Assembly (NCBI GenBank): GCA_028534125.1 | Contig: CM052832.1 | Span: 10,666,001-10,730,000 of the forward strand | Direction: 5' to 3' | DNA length: 64,000 nucleotides | Source of the DNA: Lama glama | Taxonomy: Eukaryota | Shown here: positions 36,941 to 47,873 of the stretch, piece after piece | Layout of the letters: each line of letters begins with the position of its first letter | How positions within the stretch are numbered: position 1 is the first letter of the stretch | The notes under the pieces: generated by a model | Told to the model about the DNA's origin: nothing | Databases searched by the model: none | What the model saw: the letters and a program-made list of their open reading frames with translations, nothing else | Translations under genes and position numbers: made by a program

Positions 36941-38904
36941 GGATCTCACTGACCAGCCCCCCAGTCCCTGCCCCGCAGAGCCCTGGGAGGCCCGGCTGAT
37001 AGGTTATAAACAATCACAGACACACATCTGAAGGAGGGGAGACGCCTGCCCCTTGCAGAAGGAGCCTGCTGGCTGTGTTGCTGCAGCCACCAGAGGGTTC
37101 TGGGAACGTCCTCTCCAAAGATCCAGGTGCAATTTTTGCACACACACACTGCACCCACTTCAAGCTGGGCCACCATCACATCACGTAACCTGGAAACAGT
37201 CCAGTATGACATCACTTTGGCGACTCCCCACCCAGGTGGGGAGGGCAGTTTGCAGGGACAGGAGCTTTAGTCCTGAGTAGGGTTCGAAACCCAGGTTTCA
37301 GACTCAGTGCTGCCACTCCAGTGTTACCAGTGTGCCTTTAGCTCCGGATAGCAAATGGGATTCTATACAGAAAAGATCTTTAAAAGCTGGAAAGGGCTGA
37401 AGAGCGAGGGTTCTCATCACTCCCTCCATGTCTGTTTCTTGGTCTTGGTGAAAGCAGGTGCTTTCTGACTGGGCTGTAGGTTCAACTCCCAAGATCACTT
37501 CCCAAATCTGTGACATGGCCCTGGCAGCCTGCGGGGCTGGCCACGTCCACCCTTCAGCCTCATCGCCCACCTCCTTGCCCTCTGGGCTCCAACCACATGA
37601 CCCGACGACCTCTCAGTCCCCAGAGCTCACCGTGTTCCTCCTTCCACAGTCTTGGAACAGGCTGCAGTCTCGGTCTGGAACATTCTCTCACTGCTTTGGT
37701 CCCCTGCCAACTCCCCAGTCTGGGCTTCTTCACTATTTTCTCTGGCAGCACCTTGGACCCTGCCCTCAGAACGCTTCCTTGGTTCGGGGCCCCCTGTCTG
37801 TGTGCATGATGACTGTTTCTGTCGTCCTCTTGGGACTCAGCCCCACAGGAGCAGCATCTGGCATCCCGTCCTGCTCCCTCGCATGGCACTTTTAGTCCTT
37901 CTCTCACCCCACAGATACCCACCAAGGGCCCGTCAGGCTCTAGTCACTGCTCTGGGCTCCAGGGGACGCGGGAGTGAACAGAACAGCTACATAGTCCTGC
38001 TCAGAGGACAGTCACCAGCCATAAGCGAACGTCTCCCTTTCACCTTCCCTTCCAGTTCCCTCTCCCGGTCCCTCCAGGATGGACAGGATGGGGACCCAGT
38101 GCCCGGTTGTGAGCCCCAAGCCTGGGGGAGGGGGTAGGGATGAGTGGCTGCCTCCTGTGAACATGGGCAGTATTTCCAAGGGTTTATAACTCCATCTCTT
38201 TCTTTTCTGATTCATCCTAACCGCTGCTCCTGCCCAGAGGATGTCCATTCTGCCTCTAAAATGTCCCCTCCTTCACGTCTTCCTTGAAGGCCTCTGGGAT
38301 GACCCACCTGTGGCTTTCGGTGCTGGCTGCACTCATGTGACTCACTGGAGCTCTCTGGGCTCCAGCCTCCTCATCAGGGAAAGGGGGATGATGAGGCTCC
38401 CCGAGAGCACTGCTGTAGAATTCAGGGAAGTCAGGTACGCGAGGGTGTGCTGAGCCCATCAGGCCCTGTGCAAATGGAGGGGTCCTTATTTTCACTGTTT
38501 TGTCACTTAACACTGCAGGGCTGCCTCCCTTACAGGTGCTACATTCTTAGCTGCTCACACCCTTTCTGGATCCTCTCTGGGTTCATGGGGCCAGACACGC
38601 AGAGGCAGGACTTGGTGGAGCGACTGACAATCAAACACATAATAAGCAAGGCAGAGAGTTGAGACTCCCCAGGAGGGCCCCACTGCATCTCTAACTCCAC
38701 TCCCCGTGGGCCCAGCTCCCCAGTTCCATCAGGCCTTCTACCCTCACCTGGCCACATTCACGAGGACAGCTGTTCTCCTCTTTTCATGGTCCTGCCGGGC
38801 CCCCAAGCCAGAGTGTTGGGGGAAAGAGGGGCACGTTGGTACAGGGCTGGCCCAAACCCTGGAATATTTTGGTCTAAAGTGTCCTAGATTCTCCCAATGT
38901 AAAA

Positions 38905-39780
38905 TTTTAGTTTGATTATTTAAAAGCTAGTGCTTATTGTAGAAAATTTAGGAAGTGCAGGTAAATGTAAAAACTTACCCACAATCCCATCATCCTAGAT
39001 AATCTCCGTTAACATTTTGTGCTTCCTTTCAGTGCTTTAATTAAATTAAAATATTATGTCTAATAGTAATATTTCAATTGTGTTAGACAGCTATATATAA
39101 CATAATGTGTGTGTATATATGAGATTTTGCTTATTTTCACTTAACATTTTATATTTCTTTTCCCATGGCACTAAATTTTTTTTAAATTTTTTTTAAATTT
39201 TATTTTTTATTGAAGTATAGTTGATTTACAATGTTAATTTCAGGTGTACAGCAAAGCATTTCTGTTATACATATACATACATATATATACACACATATAT
39301 TTTTAGATTCTTTTCCATTATAGCTTATATAGTTGCACCTGTATTATTAATAATGTCTAGTCAATAGAGTAATTTTTGCTCAATACAGAAAAGGGAAAAA
39401 AACCCCACAGAAATGTACAAAGGTAAAAAAATAATCACTGCCCATAATTCACATATTCAAGAATGACACAGTTGACATTTGCATATGTCCTTCACATACA
39501 TTCTGTTTCCACACTTGTAGATATTATTTTCCATGGCATTCAGGCTATTTGAGGCCCACTGTCTTCCTTAGAGTGGTCATGAATATTCCTCAATGTTGGT
39601 GAATATTTTGCACTCATCACTTTTCTGAATAGCTGCAGTCTGGTCACTGTCTGGATCACTCATTCAATACCTAATAATCAGACCTCTAGGTTCCTTCCAT
39701 TTTTGTCATTATAAAAAACACTGTGATGAACATCCTTGTGTGAAAACCCTTGTGTACAGCCATGATTATCTCCTTGTACG
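38905..39780 (-). mobile_element. Old L1 (L1ME/L1MC-like) 3' fragments
   Basis: tgcttattgtagaaaatttaggaa..cccacaatcccatc..ctctaggttccttccatttttgtcattataaaaaacactgtgatgaacatccttg. Confidence 0.7.
39176..39335 (-). mobile_element. Younger, 5'-truncated L1 3' end of cetartiodactyl type, with poly-T tail
   Basis: tttttattgaagtatagttgatttacaatgtt..tttcaggtgtacagcaaag..gttatacatatacat..agattcttttccattatag. Confidence 0.75.
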
Positions 39781-39809
39781 TTGCTGCTTTCACTGTCCCC
39801 CAAATTATT

Positions 39810-40110
39810 TAAGGAAGAGACTCTTCACAAAGGTGTAGGCAGAGTTGACAGGTCAACAAGGATGACCAGAGGCCATTAGCTACCCACCCCCAGCCGGTAC
39901 AGCAGTGAGACGCTGAAGCCAGAGGGAGTATGAGCAGAAGCACCCAGCCTCACTCTCCTCCTGTCCTCTGACCTCTCATTGGCCAGACCCAAGTGAAAAT
40001 GAGAAGATAAGGGGCCTGGAGGGTACAGTGCATAGAAGCCAGCCTCCTGGAGCACAGAGCTGGGTGAGGAAGCCTGCAGAGAGGACGGAGGGGCAAACAA
40101 GATAGTCAGT
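39810..40110 (-). mobile_element. LTR33-like ERVL LTR fragment
   Basis: cacaaaggtgtaggcag..cctcactctcctcctgtcctctga..cattggccagaccca..cagcctcctggagcacagagc..ggaggggcaaac. Confidence 0.65.
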
Positions 40111-40284
40111 TCAGTGGTGGCCTCTAGTCCCCAGTAGGAGAGAGCTCCATCCTGCATCCATCCCACAGGCAGGGAGCTGGATGCCACTGTCTGGAGGGAA
40201 GGGATAAGGGTGGGAGGCTGACAGAGCCAACATCCTCTGAACTATTTCCAGGACCTCCTCTGAATGAAGTGTATACAGTAGTTT

Positions 40285-40470
40285 AATATATACTATGTAG
40301 ACTTGTTTATACTCACAAAATCCCTATGAGGCAGGTGCTATTGTTTTTCCATTTTACAGATGAGGAAACTAAGGCACAGAGAGGTTTTTAAAACAATCTT
40401 GCTCCCACAGCTGGTAGAAGGCAGAGCTGGGAACCAAACCTGGGTCAGTGGCCCCAAATCTGCCACCCTG
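40285..40470 (-). mobile_element. MIR SINE
   Basis: ccctatgaggcaggtgctattg..ccattttacagatgaggaaactaaggcacagagagg. Confidence 0.9.
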
Positions 40471-40829
40471 GATCCACTATCAAGCCAACAGGTCACTGGC
40501 CTCAGGTTGGGACCAGCCGCAGACCCAGCTTTCTGACTTCTCTGCCCACTCTTTCTGCTGCCACTCTCTCCAGCAGAGGCATAAAGAGAAACCACACACA
40601 CACACACACACACAGGCCACCTGAAGAGGGGCCCCACCAAGCCCTAAATCCACTCCAATTGCGTTTTCTCTCTGTCCTTTGGAAAAGAAAAACTGCTGAG
40701 CGTCTGCTGTTTTCCCTGAAACTGTGTATCAGAAATCTTCTCCTGGGCTCTGACCCTGGGAGTCAGCTTTCCGCCCAAAGCACATTTTTACAGCCAAGTT
40801 ATTTCTGATTCTTTAAAAGCAAAAGCAGT

Positions 40830-40832
<3 letters not shown>

Positions 40833-40861
<29 letters not shown>
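40833..40861 (+). repeat. Poly(A)29 tract
   Basis: Seen directly. Confidence 0.95.
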
Positions 40862-40866
<5 letters not shown>

Positions 40867-43299
40867 CAAGGAACGCGCTCTGTTGTAATGTAACATCTCA
40901 GCAAAACACCCCGGCCGCTGGGCCCGTGCTCGGCTCCTGTCCTGATGGCGCGAGGCTGGGAGACGTCTTGAGCAGCAAGAGGGGAGCTCAAGGCTGCAGG
41001 CAGCCCCTGGCACTGTCACTACTCCAGGGACATGAGAGGGAGGGGTGGAGAAGATGCTGTGAGGCTGAAGGAGAAGCTCACACAGCCAGGGAGAGCAATG
41101 GACAATTTCCAGATCTGACTTTGGACCTGGAAAGGCCCCACCCTTCACTCTAAGTGAGCTGCTTCCTGGGGCCTCGTGAAAATGCCTTGACTTTGGATTT
41201 GGATTTAGAGTCACCAAAAGCCTGTGTGTGTTGTGCGTGTGTGTGTGTGCGTCGTGGTGTGTGTGAAGTTTTGGGGCCCACGTTTGTGAATGTGCCTTTG
41301 TGGGTGTGTCATGAAGGCGGGAACCATATTGGTCTTGTTCACCTGTGTCTCTTCCACACCAAGCACAGTTCCAGGAACAAAGTAGGTGATCAACAAATAT
41401 TTGGAGTCTCTTTGAGGACCTGCACGTGTGTGAACAGTCTGTGTGCAGGGGCCTGAGGGTACATGCGTCTCTGTGGGTAGTGCCTGAGTATCACCTCCCT
41501 GAGGGCAGGGATCCTAGCCGGCTTCATTCCCCTACATCCCCCAGGCGCCTAATGCAGAGCTGTGTGTGTCCGCACGTCCCTGTGGGGTCTCAGTGGGCCT
41601 GCGCTTGCGCACCGTGAGTGAGAGGCACGTGTGAGACAAGCGTCTTTGGATATCCAGGTGCCTGGGAGTCTCCGGGTTGGATGGATCTGCATTTGGGAGG
41701 GAGTATACGTGCTTGTTTAAGATATGGGGAAAAAAACCTACGTGTAGACAGTGACATTTTTGGCGACTGGAAGCAGAAACATCAGGGAACTATCTAGAAA
41801 TATCTTCACAGATACGTCTGGCTCATATCCTGCAGGCACTGGCCTCTCTGTCCATGGCCCTTGGCATGTCTGGATTCAAGTCTTAATTGTAGACCCTTCA
41901 GCCGCAAATGCAGCTTAGATTCAATTATTAGGAAGGACCTGAAGGCAGGAGAGTGGACTATGTGGCACAGACACTCATTACTTACTCCTCTAGCGGTGGC
42001 AGACCTGACAGCTCTCTCCCATCTCCTGTTTACACTTTCAGTGCCGGTTTCCCCACTTGGTCTCCCCAGGTTTCCCTGACATTCTGGAAGAGCCTTTAGT
42101 GTGGACACAGGTCTTGTAAGCAGACTGTCATCCGGTCCGTGTCCCCTCTGGACAGTCTGGACTTTGTCCCCCTCGCCTTGCGCCCCCAGTCTCCACCCCG
42201 CCCTCCCATGGCCCTGGTCCCTCAGCACCCGGGTGGGCACCCTTGGAAGTGATTCTCTCCTTCCTCAAGGTCAGCTCCGTCTCAGGACTGCCCCCTAACA
42301 GTAAGGATGATAAATGGCTGTTGTGTCCGAGGCTGGGGAGGTGACATTTCTCTAGCCTTCCAAGAATCCCCTGTGTCCCTGCTGCTGTTGTCCCGATCTT
42401 GTTTTGTTTTGTTTTTTGTTTTTGATCATCCTAGCTTCCTGTGGAGACCACCGCCCTCTCTGCAAAGGCCATGCATCAATCCTGGGGAAGACAGGAAGGT
42501 GGTGGGGGAAAAGGGTGTTATGGAAAATCAAGGACATCTGCCCTCCAGAGCCTCCTCCATGCAGATGTGGAAACTAGGCATTGTCAGACACTCAGCTTCC
42601 TCTTCTCTCCCTAGCTTTGTCCTATTGTAAGTGCATCCTTCTCTGTTTCACCGTGCATTCTGTGCAGCACAAGGGACTTGTAAGATGCAACGTGGTCAGG
42701 AGTGTCTCCTAGAAAAGGAGAAAACAAAGTGAAAAGACAGGTTTGGAGGCAGGTGTCTGGGTGGGGGTGGTGGGGGCAGGGCAGAAAAGACCAGGAGAGT
42801 CCTGGGGACAGTCAGGGATTGACATGGACACCAGGTAGAGTCCAGGGGGCTTGGAGCAGATGCTGGAAGAGAGGGGTGCTGGGGTCCTCGGCAGGTAGGA
42901 ACTGGGGAGTAGTCTGCTGGTCAGGGTCAGAGTCAGGGACATCTTAGGGGAACCACCGAGGGAGCTTTAAGGCTGGGACAAGGAGCAGAAACAAAGGTAA
43001 AAATGAAAGAAGGAGATTTCTGAGCTAGACAGGCAGGTGGGACCAGAGGGGTCTCACTCTGGGGTGCTGTAAACTCCTCTCCATTTCAGGTCCCTGTCCC
43101 TTTCTGCAGAGTCAGGTAGGGGACTGAAGTCTTTGCATGGTGGTTTACAGATTGTAAAGCTCTGTCACATTCAATAACCTTCTACCAGCCCCTGGAGGCA
43201 CATCAGGTATTAAAACTCTTACATTATAAATGGAGAAGGCCCAGAGTGATTAACCAGCATTTTCAGGATAATCAGCAAGGAACTAAAGATCTAGGACTA

Positions 43300-45350
43300 T
43301 TAGGTCAACTTGATAAGCACCTACTGTGTGCCAAGTGCTTTTTAGGTGCTGGAATTAGTCAGGAGCCATACGTATGGAATCCCTGCCTTCAAGGATCTTA
43401 TATTCCAGAGAGAAGAAGCAGAGAATCACACACAAACCCATTGGTAAGATGCTTTCAAGTACCTAGGAACGAGATAAAGTAGGTTAGTGTATGAGAGGGT
43501 GGCAGTGGGCTTGGGGTTAGGGCCCTTGGACCAAGGTGGTCAGGGGATGCCTCTCAGAGGAGGTGACGTGAAATGAGACCTGAGTGATGAGGGGTAGGCG
43601 TATGAAGACTGGGGCGGGGAGAAGAAGAGTTGAGCAGAAGGGATAATATTGTGCCAAGATCTCCCAAGACTGGAATGAGCTGCAGCCAGGGTGTCTGGAG
43701 TGTCCTGTCCAGGAGCAGGGCTGGGGGAAGATGAGGCTGGAGAAGGAGGCAGGGGCCGGACCACACGGGCCTTGTCCGCTGCAGTGAGGACTGTGGCTTT
43801 TATCCCCTGTGCAGCAGGAGCCTCTGAAAGGTTTTAAAACAGTGGGCTGACCTGATCTGATTCTGGTTTAAATAGACTCCCTCCAGTTGCTCTGTGGAGG
43901 GCAGATTGGAGGCGGGCCAGAGTTACAGGATAGAGATAAATTGAGGGATAAATGTCGTGGTCCAGGTGAGAGATGATAGCGACTTGGGCCAGGTGGTAGC
44001 AGCAGGGGTGGTGAGAAGGGGTCAGATTCAGGATATATTTTGGAGGTTCAACCAACAAGATGCAGTGATGGATGAGATGTTAGGTGTGAGGGGGAGAGGA
44101 ATGAAGAGCAGTTGGGAGGGAGTACAGTGGGGCATTCTGGAGATGGAAAAGGCTCCAAGGGGGGCAGGTTTGGAATGGGAAGAGGGAATTTATTGTTCTG
44201 TTTTGTTTCGAGATGCCAAGTAGACATCCAGGTGGAGATGGTAAGTTGGTAGCAGGCTGTGCGGTTCTGGCAGAGTTCAGGGGAAAGGTGTGGGCTGGAG
44301 ATAAAATTTCAAGAGTCTTTATCAAATAGAAGATGCTGGAAGTTGTACGATGTGAACTAGTAAGACATGTTTGTCAATCGAGCTGATCCAAGGAGAGAGA
44401 GACAGTGGTGATGCAGGGGACAGAGGAAATCACTGCAGGAGAATCTTTGAGAAGATGAGGCCAGGTAGGATCTTGTTCACAGTGGAGGGCTCGGTCCTAG
44501 AAATCAACCGGGAGCTATACATCCCCAAAAAGGAGGCAGAAAATGTGAGGACAGATGCACGTAGGTGGGTGAAGTACAGGCAGAAAGAAGAGACAGGCCT
44601 TTGATTGCACTGATTTCTCTCTGAAGTATGCATCAAAGCCATCATCTGGGGAAAGGGGGCCAAGCCGAGAAGATGATAATTTGAGAAATGGGTGAAATTT
44701 TTGAAATAATTTTCTCAGAGAGTTGGAAGGTGGATTTACTAGAAAAGTAAAGAAACATTACCTGGCTGAGTGAGTTCAAAAGCGTGCCCAATCATAAATC
44801 TGAGCCAGTCAACATGGCGGTGTGATCTTTTCTAGAGAGAATTCCTGGAGTCATCAGCGGATGGCGTGCAGGGGCCGAGCAAGTGGATGGTGGGGTGTAA
44901 CCAGGGCTGGGGGTTTTCTAGATGAGTTTGAAAGAGGGAGAGGGGGCCAAGGACATCAGGAGTGCTAGGAAGAGGATGGCTTGGGGGCTGGTCCATGAAA
45001 GCTGGACTGAGTAATGAATGGATGGGGAGGTCTCAGTAGGCGGGGGTATTGTTAGCCCAGGAGCACGGAGTGCCACGGGGGATGCACTTAGGCAAGGGCA
45101 TCACTGAAGTCAAGCATTCAGGGAAGGGGTAGTTATTGGTGATGCCGGGGTCTGGGGTATGACCGTGTGTGCGGAAGGTGGAGAAGAAGGGCAGGGAAAG
45201 ATCTTTGGTGCTAAGGGGTGGGGGTGGACAGTCCATGAACTGAGAGGCCAACTTATGAACAGATCATCGGCAGGGACACTGGAGACGTTGAGAATGGTGG
45301 CAGGAACAGTGGTGGAGAGAGAAATAGCCAAGTGCTGAGGTCATCAATTG
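43300..45350 (-). mobile_element. Long (~2 kb) L2 LINE remnant
   Basis: agcacctactgtgtgccaagtgc (3' end); cctctcagaggaggtgacgtgaaatgagacctga; gtccaggtgagagatgatagcgacttgggccaggtggtagcag; tcagattcaggatatattttggagg; continues purine-rich into the ORF2-derived region. Confidence 0.8.
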
Positions 45351-46659
45351 GTGACTAATCTCTAAATCTTGGAATTTCAAAGTCATCTCGTGAAGTGGTC
45401 TTAAAGCGATTTGTAAAATCTCTCAACTTGATTACAGGAAGCATTTTGATGCAGCTGGAAACAAAGAGCAGAAGTAAAAGCATACCTACTGTTGGGAATG
45501 GGGTGGGGGAAACTGAACGCCTAGTCTCACCTCCCGTCTGAGGGGCCTTTGAGAGGGCTCCACAGAACCCTCCATGGCACACACTGATTTAACCCAATGC
45601 CCCTGTTCTCCATTTGAGGAACAATAGTGCTACTCATCCAAGGTCACCCTGGTGGCCAGGAACAGAGGCGGGAGCGGAGCCGGGCTTCCTGTCTCCCCGG
45701 ACTACTCCAGAGCTCTCTTCCTGTTCTATGTTGCTTTTCCCTGAGGCTCCTAACAGTCTGTGTTGGAAACACAAGACTGACCACAGCATTAGCAGGAAGC
45801 TCCTCTCCAGCCTGTCCCTAGGGAGGTCCATTTCATTCTGCTGGCCTTTTCCAGAGCTGTATGACTAAACTGTTCTGTCAAACTAGGAGGGTAGACTCAG
45901 GGGAAAGCCAGGCCAGGCTGGCAGAGGGACTCACCCAGCTACAGGGTCCAGGTAACTGCAACCTGGTTGTAACAGGCAGTCGGATTACAACCTCCCTGAC
46001 CCTGGCCTTAGTTCAGACCCCAGTGCACAGAGGACTCCAGGATGTCCCCTCTGCCCTGACGCCCTTCCCCCCATGTCAGTAAGGCCCAGGTCCCTCGTTC
46101 ATCCTCTCCCCGGAGAGGCCCTCCCTGACTGCCCCGTCTGAAAGAGCGCCCAGGCCTCATTCCTCATTCCTTTCCCAGCCTTCAGCCTGCTCTCTGTTCC
46201 TGGAAGCACATATTCTGACCGGACCCATTAGAATGTGCGTGTTTACTTGTTATTGTCCGCCTTCCACACTGGTAGCAGACTGAAAGGCCCCCCAAGTCTG
46301 GGAATTGGGTTTCCCTGTCATCCAGACCCCAGGACGGGGGCCAGCCCCGCAGTGAGCTGGGAGCGGTGCCCCCGTGGCCCTCTCCTGCTTCGCCACCTCC
46401 AAGGGCACAGCTGAGTTGTGGGCATTCCTGCTCTGGACGCCTCACCTCTCTGTGGAGCTGGGTCTGGGTCTAGGTCTGCAGGGAGGCCTGCCCCAATGTC
46501 CAGGCCCATCTGGCCACTCCTGCTGGGGGTCCTGTCCTCACTGCTGCCCTCGGCCTGCAGCAGAGGAGGGGTCGCTGGCTGCCCTGCTGTGATGTTCACT
46601 CCCTCCCTGGGACCTGGGCTGTTGCTAGCCTGAGGGCGGGTAAGCAGCTCTGGGCCCCT

Positions 46660-46870
46660 GGAAACCTCAGGCCAGTTGTATCAAGGCCGATAAGCCTCAG
46701 TAAGTGGCTCTAAAGATAATCAATTGTTTTCATTCGGAGTGAAACAATCGGCTCCAAGGAACCTCTATTTAAAAACCGCACACATACGCCAGATCCATCT
46801 TTTGTTAAATTGTTGCACACGCTGATCTGATTTGACCTGGCAGCTTCAATGTGCTTCCTGCTCAGTGCCA
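46660..46870. promoter_or_regulatory. Candidate SOX/GATA-site conserved element
   Basis: ATTGTT 46723, AACAAT 46743, ATTGTT 46809, two GATAA, CTATTTAAAA. Repeat-free. Confidence 0.4.
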
Positions 46871-47754
46871 GAGATGGGGCTGGGAGGGGAGCTGGGCGCG
46901 GATGGACAGAGCACCGGGGAGCTAGGGATGGGGCGAGGTGGGGAGGGCAGGGGCAGCTGAGCAGGGAGAGGAGGCAGGGAGCCTCCCCTCCCAGCTTCAT
47001 CCACTTTTGAAACTCAGGTGAGTGCTCCCCTCCCTTTGGGAAATCCTGTCCTGATCGTCCTCCTCCTCTGATCCAGAATTAGTGGTCAGACTGGAAGGGA
47101 CCTTGATTTTTCACAGAGGAAAACAGATTCAGAGAGGGTAAGCTGCTTTCCCAAACTCACACAGCAAAACAGTGGTAGAGTGGAGTCAGGGCCTGGGACC
47201 AGAGGCCCACCTGGTATAATTTCTAGGCATTGCGGGGGACTCGTCTCTTCTTCGAGGTGGTGGCCTTGACAAGTACAAGGGTGCATCCTTCTCTTTCCCT
47301 GCCCTCCAGGCACACTCTGAGATGGGCATTGTTAACAGTGAGTGTAGTTAAATGAGTGAAGGGAGGGGTCCATTCGGTCCCAGGAAGGGAGAGGAGATAT
47401 TGTGGAGAGGGAATGGACCAACTTGAACAGATGAGGGCCCAGAGAACAGGTGAGCAGTAGTCTTTGACTGCATAAAGTAGATCACTCCCTTCTTCTGCTC
47501 CAGATCCTGCTGTGGCTTCCCAGTTCCCTTAGAGTAAAAGCCAGAGTCCTTCCAGTGGCCCTCAAGGCCCTACTGGATCCAGCCCTGACCTCATTGCTAC
47601 TCCCCTCCCCTCTCATGACCCTACAGCTACGTTAGCCTCCATACTGCCTTTCCCGCCTGCCGCACCTGCTCCCCCATTTGACAAGTGAGAGCCATAGACT
47701 GTGAAGGAGTCAAGGCTGTGAGGCATCACTTGAGGCTGAGTGAGGTGGCAGCCA

Positions 47755-47873
47755 GGGAGGGTGGGAGGTCAGGCAGGATGCAGGATGCCAAGACAGGCAG
47801 GTAATAGAGGGCTGGGAAGTAAAGGGGAGGGTGGGAGGTCAGGCAGGATGCAGGATGCCACCGCAGGCAGGTA
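47755..47873. repeat. Direct repeat with 70-bp period; 36-bp identical core
   Basis: gggagggtgggaggtcaggcaggatgcaggatgcca at 47755-47790 and 47825-47860, each followed after 3 nt by caggcaggta. Confidence 0.95.

Noticed and set aside
47755..47873. 36-bp repeat plus 34-bp spacer resembling a CRISPR unit
   Set aside because: Only two copies, no palindromic repeat, no cas genes, mammalian context
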